A stretch of 64,000 nt of DNA from a virus, in IMG/VR virus record IMGVR_UViG_3300025237_000001, positions 32,001 through 96,000 of that record; one strand, written 5' to 3'. Made by a program: the position numbers and the translations under genes. Shown here one piece after another: positions 18,003 through 27,935 of the stretch; the stretch's first letter is position 1, and the number at the start of each line of letters is the position of its first letter. The notes beneath the pieces were generated by a model, which worked only from the letters and a program-made list of their open reading frames with translations, made no database searches and was not told where the DNA came from.

Positions 18003-19445
18003 TTATACTAATCCTGATAACTGTCTAAGTATATCAGTTGGGACACCGACTAGACTAGCTACTTGTGCCTTTTTATATTTTGTTTTTTCTATTTGCGTTT
18101 TAAGAATATTATCAGTTACTAGTTTTTTAATTTCTTTAAGAACCACAGCCATTAGTATCACTACCACCGCATCTCTTATAGTATTTAATACAGATGTCAA
18201 TAAGACATTATTTTTTTTCATAAAATCTTCAGTGTTGGTAAACGTCTCACCGTAAATAATAGCATGGTTTACCGCTAATATTACCGCTAATTTAGGAGAT
18301 AATATTACATTAACAATTGCAGTCATTAACTGTTTTAACATTTCTTCGATAAAAGAAAGTTTAATTGTTAATCTATCTTGGTTTTCAACGTTTTCAGCTG
18401 ACTCATCAGCTAGGTTATCTAATCCTTCTCTAACAACGATTAAAATCTCTTCCATTAGTTGTGGTGTTGTTGGTTGTGCTTCTAACACATCCAATTGAGC
18501 GTTCAAGGAACTTAACGTATCAAAAGATACAGTTGATGGTGTGTTACCACAAGTGGTAACTATTCTCATGCCACTTCGTCTAAGTTCAGCTCTATAATCA
18601 ATTGACGATAGTTGTTCATTTGAGAATTTATAATAACTGTCATCAATTATGATTTCGTCATCAGTATTTATAATTCTATTAACTATATCCTCGATTCTAA
18701 TCTCGTTTCTAATTTGTTCCGAATCCTTATCCGTTTGTACACTAACCACACCAAATATCGACTCTATAATATTGTTGATTAATTTAGCCGAATTAAATAA
18801 TTGAATACTATCGATGTAATCATTATTTAAATCTGGTAATTTTTTATTATTTACATAATAAGAACTTGGTTTAACATTTAATGAATTATTAGGTTCGCCA
18901 TTGGAACCTTGTTCATCAAATCTAATCTCTAATATGTCTTGATTGGTAGTTTGTAGTCCCCAAGGGCTGGTAGCTCCACCACCTTGAATAACGTTGTATA
19001 AGTATGTGTTAAAATCAGTACTATTTAAACCTTGGTCTACATCATTATAAAGTAACGCACCTTCGTTAGTCGTTGGGTCTGTTTTAAACATGTCTAAGTA
19101 ATCAATCTTATCTAATTCTAAAGTGACACCATCGTTGATAAAGAAATCAGGGATAGATGGGTTTACACTACAGCTAACCATAGATTTTAATGATTTCTTA
19201 AGTGCTTGTTTAATGTCTAATTCAATTTCATCTAAGTTATGGGTTAATATATCAACCAAAGATTCTTTCAATGCTTCAAAACCCGTTAAAGCCTTAACTA
19301 AATCAGTTAAGAAATTTAAACTATTTGCGGCTTGAGATATTGAAGCTATGGAATTGGAAATAGAGGTTATGGGGAATCCTTCAGCAGAAACCCTTAATGC
19401 GGCAATTTGACCGAAAACATCAGATTTTTCTTGGGTGATATCCAT
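18003..19445 (-). CDS. hypothetical helical protein
   Basis: 480 aa in the baseplate operon. Confidence 0.75.
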   Translation of the reverse strand: MDITQEKSDVFGQIAALRVSAEGFPITSISNSIASISQAANSLNFLTDLVKALTGFEALKESLVDILTHNLDEIELDIKQALKKSLKSMVSCSVNPSIPDFFINDGVTLELDKIDYLDMFKTDPTTNEGALLYNDVDQGLNSTDFNTYLYNVIQGGGATSPWGLQTTNQDILEIRFDEQGSNGEPNNSLNVKPSSYYVNNKKLPDLNNDYIDSIQLFNSAKLINNIIESIFGVVSVQTDKDSEQIRNEIRIEDIVNRIINTDDEIIIDDSYYKFSNEQLSSIDYRAELRRSGMRIVTTCGNTPSTVSFDTLSSLNAQLDVLEAQPTTPQLMEEILIVVREGLDNLADESAENVENQDRLTIKLSFIEEMLKQLMTAIVNVILSPKLAVILAVNHAIIYGETFTNTEDFMKKNNVLLTSVLNTIRDAVVVILMAVVLKEIKKLVTDNILKTQIEKTKYKKAQVASLVGVPTDILRQLSGLV

Positions 19446-19451
19446 TATAAA

Positions 19452-19826
19452 TTATTTAGTTTCTTGGTTTTTTTCAGCCTTGATTAACTCTCTAATATTT
19501 GCAAAAGCATCTTTTCCAACTATTTCTGGATTATTGGTCATTGCAGCTGCAACGTCACCACTATGTTTAAGTACATCACTTTGAAGTTTCCCAATATCAA
19601 GTTTAGTTTTGATAGCGTCCATTTTCTGTTTTAATGCATCTGTTTTAGCTTTGGCAATTTTAACCAAATCGTCAGTGTCCTCTATGTTCTGAGCAGCACC
19701 AACTTCATTTACTATTTTTTGTGCATCTTTTATTTGTGTACAAACATTGTTGTATACTTCTTGTAAAACACTTTGAAGTGAATCAGTATTATTCACTTCT
19801 ATTTTTTGTCTTGTAGTTCTAGGCAT
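19452..19826 (-). CDS. hypothetical coiled-coil protein
   Basis: 124 aa; TATTTATA upstream (19843-19850, minus strand). Confidence 0.75.
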   Translation of the reverse strand: MPRTTRQKIEVNNTDSLQSVLQEVYNNVCTQIKDAQKIVNEVGAAQNIEDTDDLVKIAKAKTDALKQKMDAIKTKLDIGKLQSDVLKHSGDVAAAMTNNPEIVGKDAFANIRELIKAEKNQETK

Positions 19827-19854
19827 AATGTATCGTTTTAATTATAAATAGCTA

Positions 19855-19883
19855 GAAAAAGGGTTTTAATTACAAAAAACCCT
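19855..19883 (-). terminator. intrinsic terminator overlapping the sigma-factor stop codon
   Basis: AGGGTTTT/AAAACCCT stem (19860-19883) followed on the minus strand by TTTT. Confidence 0.6.
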
Positions 19884-20610
19884 CTTCAATCTTATCACTT
19901 TTAACTAATTCATAAATCATTTTATACCTACGCATTGCGATTCTAATGTCTTTAGTTATTAGATTCGTATTTTCTCTAATGGTAGCTAGTATAACATTCT
20001 TGTTAAATTTAGCTCCACCTAGTGATGAAAATAACATTTCCCAATTGTTAAGAATATCTAACAAAGCTTCACCAACTCTTCGTTCATTCTCAGTCATTTT
20101 CTTCTTGTTGCCAAGTCCTTCACCATCAAGTTCTTTCTGTATTTCCTCACATATTGTATTAATCAAATCTGATAAACCATAATCGGTATCAGGTAAATGA
20201 TATACAAACTCATCCTTCTCATGAATTTTGGTAATTGAAGTGTCAAAATCTAAGGTTTGGTTAAGCATTTTCGTGTCTTTAATCATTAACCCTAAGATGT
20301 AATGTTTACATATAGTTCCGTAATAAGAGTATGCACGTTTACCCTTAGTAGTATCAAACTTATCAGCCTTAAGAATTAAGTATGATAACGTATCGCTATG
20401 TAGGTTTTCAAACGTGTAACTCTTTCGGTATAATTTATATCGTCTAATTATAGATTCAATCATTATATCAAATGCATCTCTTAGGTGTTCGTTATAAATT
20501 TTATTTCGAATTGCTGGGTCTTCCTCATTTAAAAATTCCACAACAGCTTTTTCTTGTTCTTCACCAAAATATAAACCATTCTTTCTTTTACGCCCTCTTT
20601 TAATTGCCAT
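19870..20610 (-). CDS. phage RNA polymerase sigma factor (T4 gp55-like, late)
   Basis: Sigma region-2-like DTLSYLILKADKFDTTKGKRAYSYYGTICKHY; no region-4 HTH apparent. Confidence 0.7.
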   Translation of the reverse strand: MAIKRGRKRKNGLYFGEEQEKAVVEFLNEEDPAIRNKIYNEHLRDAFDIMIESIIRRYKLYRKSYTFENLHSDTLSYLILKADKFDTTKGKRAYSYYGTICKHYILGLMIKDTKMLNQTLDFDTSITKIHEKDEFVYHLPDTDYGLSDLINTICEEIQKELDGEGLGNKKKMTENERRVGEALLDILNNWEMLFSSLGGAKFNKNVILATIRENTNLITKDIRIAMRRYKMIYELVKSDKIEEGFL

Positions 20611-20616
20611 TAATAT

Positions 20617-21402
20617 TTAATCTTTTTTTTCATAAAGAATTTCCCTATCGTTAATATGAAAACATTCTCTTTTTGCTAAAGTTAACCACCATCTGTATTC
20701 ATCTTCTGATAATTCTTTTTTATAGTTTGAGAAAAGAGCACCTTCTCTCTCGTTGACATGTTTATATCCGTTTTTAGGGATTACCATAACTCTACAAGAA
20801 TTATGTGTCATTCGTAATAAATATTCATAAATGAAACTTAGTTTAATACTTTCTTTTAACCCACCATAATCATCGTATGCCTCTTTTAATACAGCCATAC
20901 CATCAATACTAAAGTTTTGAAATCTTAATAATGCAGCATTATCTAAAAACCCCATTTCATCACAAAATTGTGAAGCCCAAACTGGTTCGTTTGTAAAGCC
21001 CATGAAGTTATCTTCAGGCGTTACTTCAACTATAATTGGTAAGAAGATTGTTACATCAGGATTATCATCCCTGTATTTAATTACATTGTCAACCCAAATG
21101 TTAGATAATTCATCGTCTTGTTCTAAGAACACAAACCATTCAGTTTTACATTCCTTTACACCAAGATTAAATTGAGCTTGGAAATTAGTATTCCCTTTGT
21201 TTGCAATAATTTTACAATTAACTGCAATATCTTTGGTTAATTTCTTAACTAATTTTTGGTCATCAGATTTATCTTTAACCACAATAATTAAAGTATCTGG
21301 CAACACTTTTTGTGAAGTCACACTTTGTATAGCTCTTGCTAAAAATATTTCATCAGCATTGAATACTGGTAAAATTACACTTATTTCGTTTGTCTCTTTC
21401 AT
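20617..21402 (-). CDS. glycosyltransferase family 2
   Basis: ISVILPVFNA, FNLGVKECKTEWFVFLEQDD (DxD-like). Confidence 0.85.
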   Translation of the reverse strand: MKETNEISVILPVFNADEIFLARAIQSVTSQKVLPDTLIIVVKDKSDDQKLVKKLTKDIAVNCKIIANKGNTNFQAQFNLGVKECKTEWFVFLEQDDELSNIWVDNVIKYRDDNPDVTIFLPIIVEVTPEDNFMGFTNEPVWASQFCDEMGFLDNAALLRFQNFSIDGMAVLKEAYDDYGGLKESIKLSFIYEYLLRMTHNSCRVMVIPKNGYKHVNEREGALFSNYKKELSEDEYRWWLTLAKRECFHINDREILYEKKD

Positions 21403-21403
21403 A

Positions 21404-22495
21404 TTATTTTGTTTTTTCAGATTCTATTTTTAAAATTGTTTCAAATTCAACTTTTCTATCAGATACGAATTTAGAATATAATCCTTCAATCGCTTTATCT
21501 TCATTTTCTTTCGTGTATATGTCTTTTGAATCGCTTACAGCGTCTAAAAATGAATCGGTAAGAGAATCATCTAACCATGCTTTCATATAGTCAGCTATTA
21601 AATCAGGAATAGCTAAGGCACTATTTGTCCAAATACCATTATTTTTTAATTTGATGACTTGTTTATCATCTGACTCATCTTGCATCCATTCAGGAATCAT
21701 TTCAGGAATCTTCCCAATAACTGGTGTATCACATTGAATTGCTTCTAATGGGAATGTTCCAAAACTTGAAATATCATCAACCCAAACAGCTAAACATGAT
21801 TCACCTAAAGTTTCAGCAAACGTTTTCCTTGGTAAACCTCTTAATTCCCTAAACGTAACCCACTTATACATTGGGTAACGAAGATAGAATGATTTAACAA
21901 TACTTAACGCTTCTTTTTGGTCTCTAGTTAAAATAGAGATAACTGGTTTTTTAATCTTAGTACTAGGTTTAAAATACTCAGGAATAGCTGGGTTAATTAC
22001 GTGAGTCTTAATCCTTGGGAATAATTCTTTAATGTAACTAGCTTGCTTATCTGTTGTTGTAATAACATCCCAGAAACCGTAGTTAATATCCCATCTTTCA
22101 TTAATCTTTAACAATTCTAAAATATAGGTGTAAGATTGTGATAACACAATTTTCTTACAAGGCATTTGTTTAACGCTTTCCATTACATTAGAGAAAATCT
22201 CAGGTACTATTAAATAATCAATAGCCTTTAAGTTTAAATCTTGGTTTTCGATTGAACAATGAGGTAGCGAAGCATAGGTTTCACCTAGCCAATCACCAAC
22301 ACCTTGATAATCATTTTTGTCATGTAATATTGAAGCTCTGTAACCTAATTCATTTAACACTTTAACGTGCTCATAAATGTTAGCAATAGCTGCCGTAGGG
22401 TTACCTTTAGTGTCTAAAGTGTAAAAATAGAAATCGAAATTTTTATTATCGATACTTTCTATTAATTCTAAAATCTTTTTGTGCTTATCTTCCAT
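21404..22495 (-). CDS. GT-B fold glycosyltransferase (GT4-like)
   Basis: SFGTFPLEAIQCDTPVIG, a C-terminal GT-B nucleotide-binding motif. Confidence 0.7.
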   Translation of the reverse strand: MEDKHKKILELIESIDNKNFDFYFYTLDTKGNPTAAIANIYEHVKVLNELGYRASILHDKNDYQGVGDWLGETYASLPHCSIENQDLNLKAIDYLIVPEIFSNVMESVKQMPCKKIVLSQSYTYILELLKINERWDINYGFWDVITTTDKQASYIKELFPRIKTHVINPAIPEYFKPSTKIKKPVISILTRDQKEALSIVKSFYLRYPMYKWVTFRELRGLPRKTFAETLGESCLAVWVDDISSFGTFPLEAIQCDTPVIGKIPEMIPEWMQDESDDKQVIKLKNNGIWTNSALAIPDLIADYMKAWLDDSLTDSFLDAVSDSKDIYTKENEDKAIEGLYSKFVSDRKVEFETILKIESEKTK

Positions 22496-22496
22496 C

Positions 22497-22871
22497 TTAA
22501 TCTAATTTTTTTAATATATCGTAAGCTAATAATGTGTTAAAAGCTAACTTAAATCTAATACTAGTTTTTCCTAAACTAGAATCACCCAATTTTGGGTCTT
22601 CTTCATAACTCTCATCTCCTATATCTGAAATGAAATTTCTTATAATTTCAAATCTAACACCGTCAATTTCTTTATGTTTTATATGTTCTCTTATTGTTGT
22701 TTCTGTGGATTGTATTATTCCATTTTTGTCCATTACTTCAACAATGTCTTTGGTAAATATTTTACCAACATCACCTTTTTTTATTTTACCTTTTACGTCC
22801 TTATCCAATAATAGAATATTGTCTAATTCCGCAAAATCAATATAGTATACTTCACCAAATAATTCTATCAT
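22497..22871 (-). CDS. hypothetical protein
   Basis: 124 aa, overlaps the upstream gene by 4 nt. Confidence 0.7.
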   Translation of the reverse strand: MIELFGEVYYIDFAELDNILLLDKDVKGKIKKGDVGKIFTKDIVEVMDKNGIIQSTETTIREHIKHKEIDGVRFEIIRNFISDIGDESYEEDPKLGDSSLGKTSIRFKLAFNTLLAYDILKKLD

Positions 22872-23440
22872 TCTACTATCTCATTAAATGTAACTTCGTC
22901 AGTAACGAAATCTAGAATACTATCCAATGAAAAATCAGCTTCAGTATCCGTGTTATAACTGGCATTTATCTTAACTGATATTTTACCTTCTGGTTTAGCT
23001 TCTAAAGCTATTGGGTTTGCAGTAACTAATATGTCAATGTCATCCCATTTTTTTGCAGTATCCGTAACGAATTTAATGTTATTTCCAGTGAAACCTAATT
23101 TAGATAAAAAGAATAATGTTGAAGGTCTGCTCTTATGTGCGTCTCTACTAATCATTACAACTTCATGTTCTTCGTCATCATTTATCTCTGAAATAAACTT
23201 ATTTAAAATCGTACCAATGTTATTGTGCAATTGGTCTGCGTGTGCAAAAATTTCCATTGGTGCATCGCTGTATAAAAACTCATTAAGTTTTGTTTCGTTG
23301 GGAAATGGAAAGAATTTAATTAAATCCCATTCATCTACATCAACTTCATCTAAATCTGCTTTATAGTATTTACCATAAACATATTTAAATTGTCCTATAA
23401 AGTCTCTTATTACTTCATTTAGTGTTATTCCTATTTTCAT
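22868..23440 (-). CDS. HAD-fold 5'(3')-deoxyribonucleotidase-like protein with degenerate motif I
   Basis: MKIGITLNEVIRDF where IxxDxDGVlxDF is expected; TLFFLSK, WDDIDILV. Confidence 0.55.
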   Translation of the reverse strand: MKIGITLNEVIRDFIGQFKYVYGKYYKADLDEVDVDEWDLIKFFPFPNETKLNEFLYSDAPMEIFAHADQLHNNIGTILNKFISEINDDEEHEVVMISRDAHKSRPSTLFFLSKLGFTGNNIKFVTDTAKKWDDIDILVTANPIALEAKPEGKISVKINASYNTDTEADFSLDSILDFVTDEVTFNEIVE

Positions 23441-23482
23441 ATTACTATTTTAATAAAAAATTCGTCAAAGTAAACATAATGT

Positions 23483-24202
23483 TTAATCTTTGTCAGTTTT
23501 TTTGTAATTATTCACAATCTTTGTTATTAGTGGGTTTCTAACAATATCATTCTCATCAAATTCAAAGAACCCGATTTCTGGAATATTGTTATGTCTATTC
23601 ATCGCATCATATAACCCAGTTTTCTCAATAGAATCATATCTATCGGATTGGTCCATATCACCAGAAATTATAAATTTAGAACCATAGCCGATTCTAGTTA
23701 AAAGCGTCTTCATTTGAGATGCTGACATATTCTGAGCTTCCTCCACAATTAAAATGGAATTATCAATCGACTTACCTCTAATGAAACCTAATGCTTCACC
23801 GATAAGTTCTTCAGACTCTTCTAATTTAATTCTTTTTTCTTTGGAAACTAATTTATCAACAATATCAATCGATGATGCTAAGTATGGTGCTAATTTTTCT
23901 TTTAAATTACCTGGTAAGAAACCAAGGTTCTCTTCAGCTTCAACAGCTGGTGTGATAATTAGTATTTTTCTAAAGGATGTTGTAGTGTCTTGAAGTAATT
24001 GAATTGCTGCTGCGATTGCTATATAGGATTTTCCTACACCAGCTGGTCCAGCACAAATTATTATTTCTCGGTCCTTTATTAATTTAACGTATTCTTTTTG
24101 TTTTACGTTCTTACATTTTAAAACTAGTTTTTTAGGTAATATTTTATTTACCTCATAAACCTTAGATTTAACTGTATCGGTACTTACTTGTCTTTTTGCC
24201 AT
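23483..24202 (-). CDS. phoH: PhoH-like ATPase
   Basis: GPAGVGKS, LGFLPGNLKEKLAPY, FIRGKSIDNSILIVEEAQN, GDMDQSD, DIVRNPL; start moved to 24202. Confidence 0.93.
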   Translation of the reverse strand: MAKRQVSTDTVKSKVYEVNKILPKKLVLKCKNVKQKEYVKLIKDREIIICAGPAGVGKSYIAIAAAIQLLQDTTTSFRKILIITPAVEAEENLGFLPGNLKEKLAPYLASSIDIVDKLVSKEKRIKLEESEELIGEALGFIRGKSIDNSILIVEEAQNMSASQMKTLLTRIGYGSKFIISGDMDQSDRYDSIEKTGLYDAMNRHNNIPEIGFFEFDENDIVRNPLITKIVNNYKKTDKD

Positions 24203-24276
24203 AAAAAAATGTGAACTTATTGATAAGTTCACACTAAATATAATAACAAAATTTAAAAACTAAATAAAAAAGTCTA

Positions 24277-25254
24277 TTATTTAGCTTCTTTATTTTTATA
24301 ACGTTCATCAAGTTCATCTAACTTGTACTTGGTGAATATGTTATCTCCGTCAATTGTAGCCTCCGCAATAAATTTAATTACGTAATGACCATTGAATTTA
24401 ACTATTTTATCGAATTTCTTGATTTCAAATTCATATTCTAGACCATCTTGCGCACCTATAGCCTTATCGGTAATAAATCCAACTTTTTTGAAGTCTAATA
24501 AATCTGAGTGTCTTGGATTCTTGATTGCAGCTTTAATATCAGAAATTAATAATCTAGTTTTTCTATTATATTCATCTGGGTATTCTGATAGATAAAACTC
24601 AAGTAACCTCTCATTCTCATTTATCTTTCTAATCAATAGTTTTTTAGCGTATTCTTCAATTTCAAATTTAGGTCTAAAATCTCTTTCAACATATAACGTT
24701 TTTTTAGATTTCATGGAAGCTACCATGTCATCAAATGATATTTCACCCAACGTCCTTGCTTCCCATTTTTCAGTTCCTATTAAATCAAATTTCTCTTTAT
24801 CATCTTCATAATTAACGATTTCATCTTTATCTAAAACCTTCATCTTTTCATTACCAAATTCTTCGGCTGTTGGTTTACCCATAGCCATATTCTTAACGAC
24901 CATGACAACGGGATAAGGGTCTGCATCGTCTTTAATTATTTTATCTAATTTATATTTCTCTATATCATAAGTTTCCACTATTGGTAAGCCATCAGCGTCA
25001 TAACCTGTAATCTTGGCTGTTTTAGATTTAGATTGATTTAAAACCTTATATAATCTCCACCTCAATTCTTTAACTGGCATTGTAATTTCACCTTTTAATA
25101 AAGAATCCGCTAACATACCTTGATTATATCCTTGTTCTAGTTCACCTCCGCTTGTTATTGCATCTGATTTTTGAGCAAAAGCGTCCTTCTCTACCCTAGA
25201 TAGGGCTAAAGATATTAATCCCATTTTTCTATTTAACCAATTTTTCATAATCAT
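24277..25254 (-). CDS. hypothetical protein
   Basis: 325-aa ORF; no motif recognised. Confidence 0.75.
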   Translation of the reverse strand: MIMKNWLNRKMGLISLALSRVEKDAFAQKSDAITSGGELEQGYNQGMLADSLLKGEITMPVKELRWRLYKVLNQSKSKTAKITGYDADGLPIVETYDIEKYKLDKIIKDDADPYPVVMVVKNMAMGKPTAEEFGNEKMKVLDKDEIVNYEDDKEKFDLIGTEKWEARTLGEISFDDMVASMKSKKTLYVERDFRPKFEIEEYAKKLLIRKINENERLLEFYLSEYPDEYNRKTRLLISDIKAAIKNPRHSDLLDFKKVGFITDKAIGAQDGLEYEFEIKKFDKIVKFNGHYVIKFIAEATIDGDNIFTKYKLDELDERYKNKEAK

Positions 25255-26285
25255 TTCTTTTCTACTTCGTTAGTAACCCATTTTAATGTATCTAACATCC
25301 CATTAACTAATGGTGCATTTACTTTCCAACCTATCTTTTCAAAATACAAGTCATTATGTGAATTTCTACCTTTAACACCAATTGGACATGTGAACCCATA
25401 CTTACTAATAAACTCTTTACCTTCTATGTTATTTATTTTAACATTCTTACCTGATAAATCAATTGCCATTTGCGCTAGACCGTTGATTGAAATCATTTCA
25501 TCTGACCCAATGTTAACAGGTCCCATGAAATCGCTATCCATAAGCCTTTGTACGGCTTCTAAACATTCATCAATATATAAGAATGAACGGGTTTGTTTAC
25601 CGTTACCCCAAACTTCTATTTCTCCACCATCTTTAGTTTCAGCTACTTTCCTACACATTGCGGCTGGGGCTTTCTCTTTACCACCATCCCAAGTACCTTT
25701 TGGTCCAAATATATTATGAAACCTAGCTACTCTTATATCTAATTTATAATTTCTGTGAAATGAAAAATATAATCTTTCACTAAACAATTTTTCCCATCCA
25801 TATTCTGAATCTGGTTGAGCTGGATAAGCTGAAGATTCTTCACAATTTGGATTATCTGGGTCGGTTTGATTGAACTCTGGGTACATACACGCTGAAGAAG
25901 AGTAAAACAATTTTTTTACATTTTTCTTAGTTGCTTCATAAACAACATTTAAATTTATCAACGCTGAGTTATGTACAACATCTGCATCGTGATTACCAGT
26001 AAAGATATATCCAGCACCTCCCATGTCGGCAGCCAATTGGTATACCTCATCAAATGAATTAAACGCATCGTCAACCGATGTTTGAGTTGGTGAAAATATT
26101 ACCATAGAAACTAATTTTGGGTCTCTTAAATCACCTAATACGAAGTCATCACATATTTCATCGTGGTCAAAATATTCGTGAGGTTTAATATCCACGATTC
26201 TAACCCAATGCCCTTCTTCTTTTAATTTTTTCCCTAGATGACCACCTATAAAGCCTCCACCACCTAATATTAATATATTCTTCAT
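25251..26285 (-). CDS. GDP-mannose 3,5-epimerase-like extended SDR
   Basis: GGGGFIG, QLAADMGGAGYI, SSACMYP, YGWEK, RFHNIFGP..WDGGKEKAPAAMCRK, RSFLYIDEC (catalytic Cys and Lys of GME present). Confidence 0.9.
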   Translation of the reverse strand: MKNILILGGGGFIGGHLGKKLKEEGHWVRIVDIKPHEYFDHDEICDDFVLGDLRDPKLVSMVIFSPTQTSVDDAFNSFDEVYQLAADMGGAGYIFTGNHDADVVHNSALINLNVVYEATKKNVKKLFYSSSACMYPEFNQTDPDNPNCEESSAYPAQPDSEYGWEKLFSERLYFSFHRNYKLDIRVARFHNIFGPKGTWDGGKEKAPAAMCRKVAETKDGGEIEVWGNGKQTRSFLYIDECLEAVQRLMDSDFMGPVNIGSDEMISINGLAQMAIDLSGKNVKINNIEGKEFISKYGFTCPIGVKGRNSHNDLYFEKIGWKVNAPLVNGMLDTLKWVTNEVEKK

Positions 26286-26286
26286 T

Positions 26287-27102
26287 TTAATATCTTTTTA
26301 TTATTTGTGTTATTCCATCTCTCAATGAGGTTTTTGGTTTCCAGAAATTAAGTATATAATCGTCTGGCTCATTTCTTTTATCTAATTGAATATCATCAGT
26401 TTTTTTTGATGGGCGAACTATAATGTTACCGAACTGAAGTCTTATAATTTCAGCAATATCTGATATTTTGTTCCATTCAAAATTTGTAATGTGTAATTCT
26501 TTTTCTCTATCAATATCATCGTACTTATCCATTAATATTGATAGACATTCACAACAATCATTGGCGTATAGAAATTGTCTTTCTTCCGTACCATCAGTTC
26601 TCATATTAATAATACCTTCATTCTTAGCCATAAGAATAAAATCGGTAATAACATGAGATTTTGTAAGGTCGGATTCATAACCGTATACATTCCAGAACTT
26701 AACAACCACACCATTTAAAATCTCAGTGTATGTTTCACCTAGTCTCTTTAAGATACCATATGGTGAATAACTCATATTGGACATTTGACTTGAAGCAAAT
26801 ATAAATTTTGTATTATGTTTTTTAAGACTTTCGAAAGTGTTTGTCATTAATTTAACATTGTTATCGATAAACTCAAAAGTGTGTTGGTATTTGGATAAAT
26901 AAACTGACCCACCAACATCAAATGCTAAAAAGAATACAAAGTCTACCGTTGGTAGTATTTCATCCAAGATATTGCTTACCCTTAAATCTTCGTTTATTTC
27001 AACAGCTATGTCAAATTCAATGACAGTGTGATTTTGCGCTCCTAGGTGTTGAACCAAAGGCGCACCTATTTGTCCAGCAGACCCTAATACTAGTATTTTC
27101 AT
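26287..27102 (-). CDS. NAD-dependent epimerase/dehydratase
   Basis: GSAGQIG, ASSQM, YGILK, FWNVYG, ERQFLYANDC. Confidence 0.85.
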   Translation of the reverse strand: MKILVLGSAGQIGAPLVQHLGAQNHTVIEFDIAVEINEDLRVSNILDEILPTVDFVFFLAFDVGGSVYLSKYQHTFEFIDNNVKLMTNTFESLKKHNTKFIFASSQMSNMSYSPYGILKRLGETYTEILNGVVVKFWNVYGYESDLTKSHVITDFILMAKNEGIINMRTDGTEERQFLYANDCCECLSILMDKYDDIDREKELHITNFEWNKISDIAEIIRLQFGNIIVRPSKKTDDIQLDKRNEPDDYILNFWKPKTSLRDGITQIIKRY

Positions 27103-27935
27103 ATAATTATTTTTTGTAATGTATCAGCTATGATGTCATCTGTTGATACATATTCTCCACCTAAAATAATATTTTTTCGAATAAAGTCAAGTTTATCTGT
27201 GTAATCTTTTATAGTTAAATTATCTAAAATAACATCTAGCTCATCAAGTGTATCAAAAGTTATTATTCCGTTTTTATCAAAATATTCACCAATATTTGGA
27301 CAACCCCAGAATATTGGCACGGTACCAACCATAAAATTATCTATTAATATCTCAGTGAAGAAATTGTCTACTTTACTATTCATAACGGATATACTAAAGT
27401 AGTATTCACTTAGTGGGTCAAGTTTATCATTAAAACGTTTGTATCCGCTTCCCCACATATCGATGTTATGTTTACTAGCTAAAGATTTAGCGATAGTATG
27501 TCTAAAATTATGACCTTCAGTTGTTCTTTTGTTTGAAGCAATCATACTAAGGAATTTATTCTTCTTATATATTTTAGGTAATGTAATTCTACTTTGACCA
27601 ACAACGTATTTTAAATACTTGTCACTTCTCTTTAAAAGTTCAGCGTCATAAGTTAGAATGTAGTCAAACTTATGTTCTAATTTTAAAATGTTTAAATAAC
27701 TTTCAGGTCTAAAGGCTCTAGGTTCTAGAATCCAAGCGACCTTTATTTTACTTTTAACTCTATCAACCATTGCAGTGTTGATGAATCTCTCGGTGAAGAC
27801 AGTTATCCCATCATATTCCATTAAACCATCTAACCATTCAATCTTTTTTGGTTTTAAAGTATCTGAACATGTGATGTAACCGAGCATGTTCTTAGTGTGT
27901 ATAAATTCTTTATCAAATAAATTAACTTTTAGCAT
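27099..27935 (-). CDS. GT10 (alpha-1,3/4-fucosyltransferase)-like glycosyltransferase
   Basis: LSMIASNK..GHNFRH, YYFSISVMNS..NFFTEILIDNFMVGTVPIFWG; start moved to MLKVNLF. Confidence 0.65.
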   Translation of the reverse strand: MLKVNLFDKEFIHTKNMLGYITCSDTLKPKKIEWLDGLMEYDGITVFTERFINTAMVDRVKSKIKVAWILEPRAFRPESYLNILKLEHKFDYILTYDAELLKRSDKYLKYVVGQSRITLPKIYKKNKFLSMIASNKRTTEGHNFRHTIAKSLASKHNIDMWGSGYKRFNDKLDPLSEYYFSISVMNSKVDNFFTEILIDNFMVGTVPIFWGCPNIGEYFDKNGIITFDTLDELDVILDNLTIKDYTDKLDFIRKNIILGGEYVSTDDIIADTLQKIII

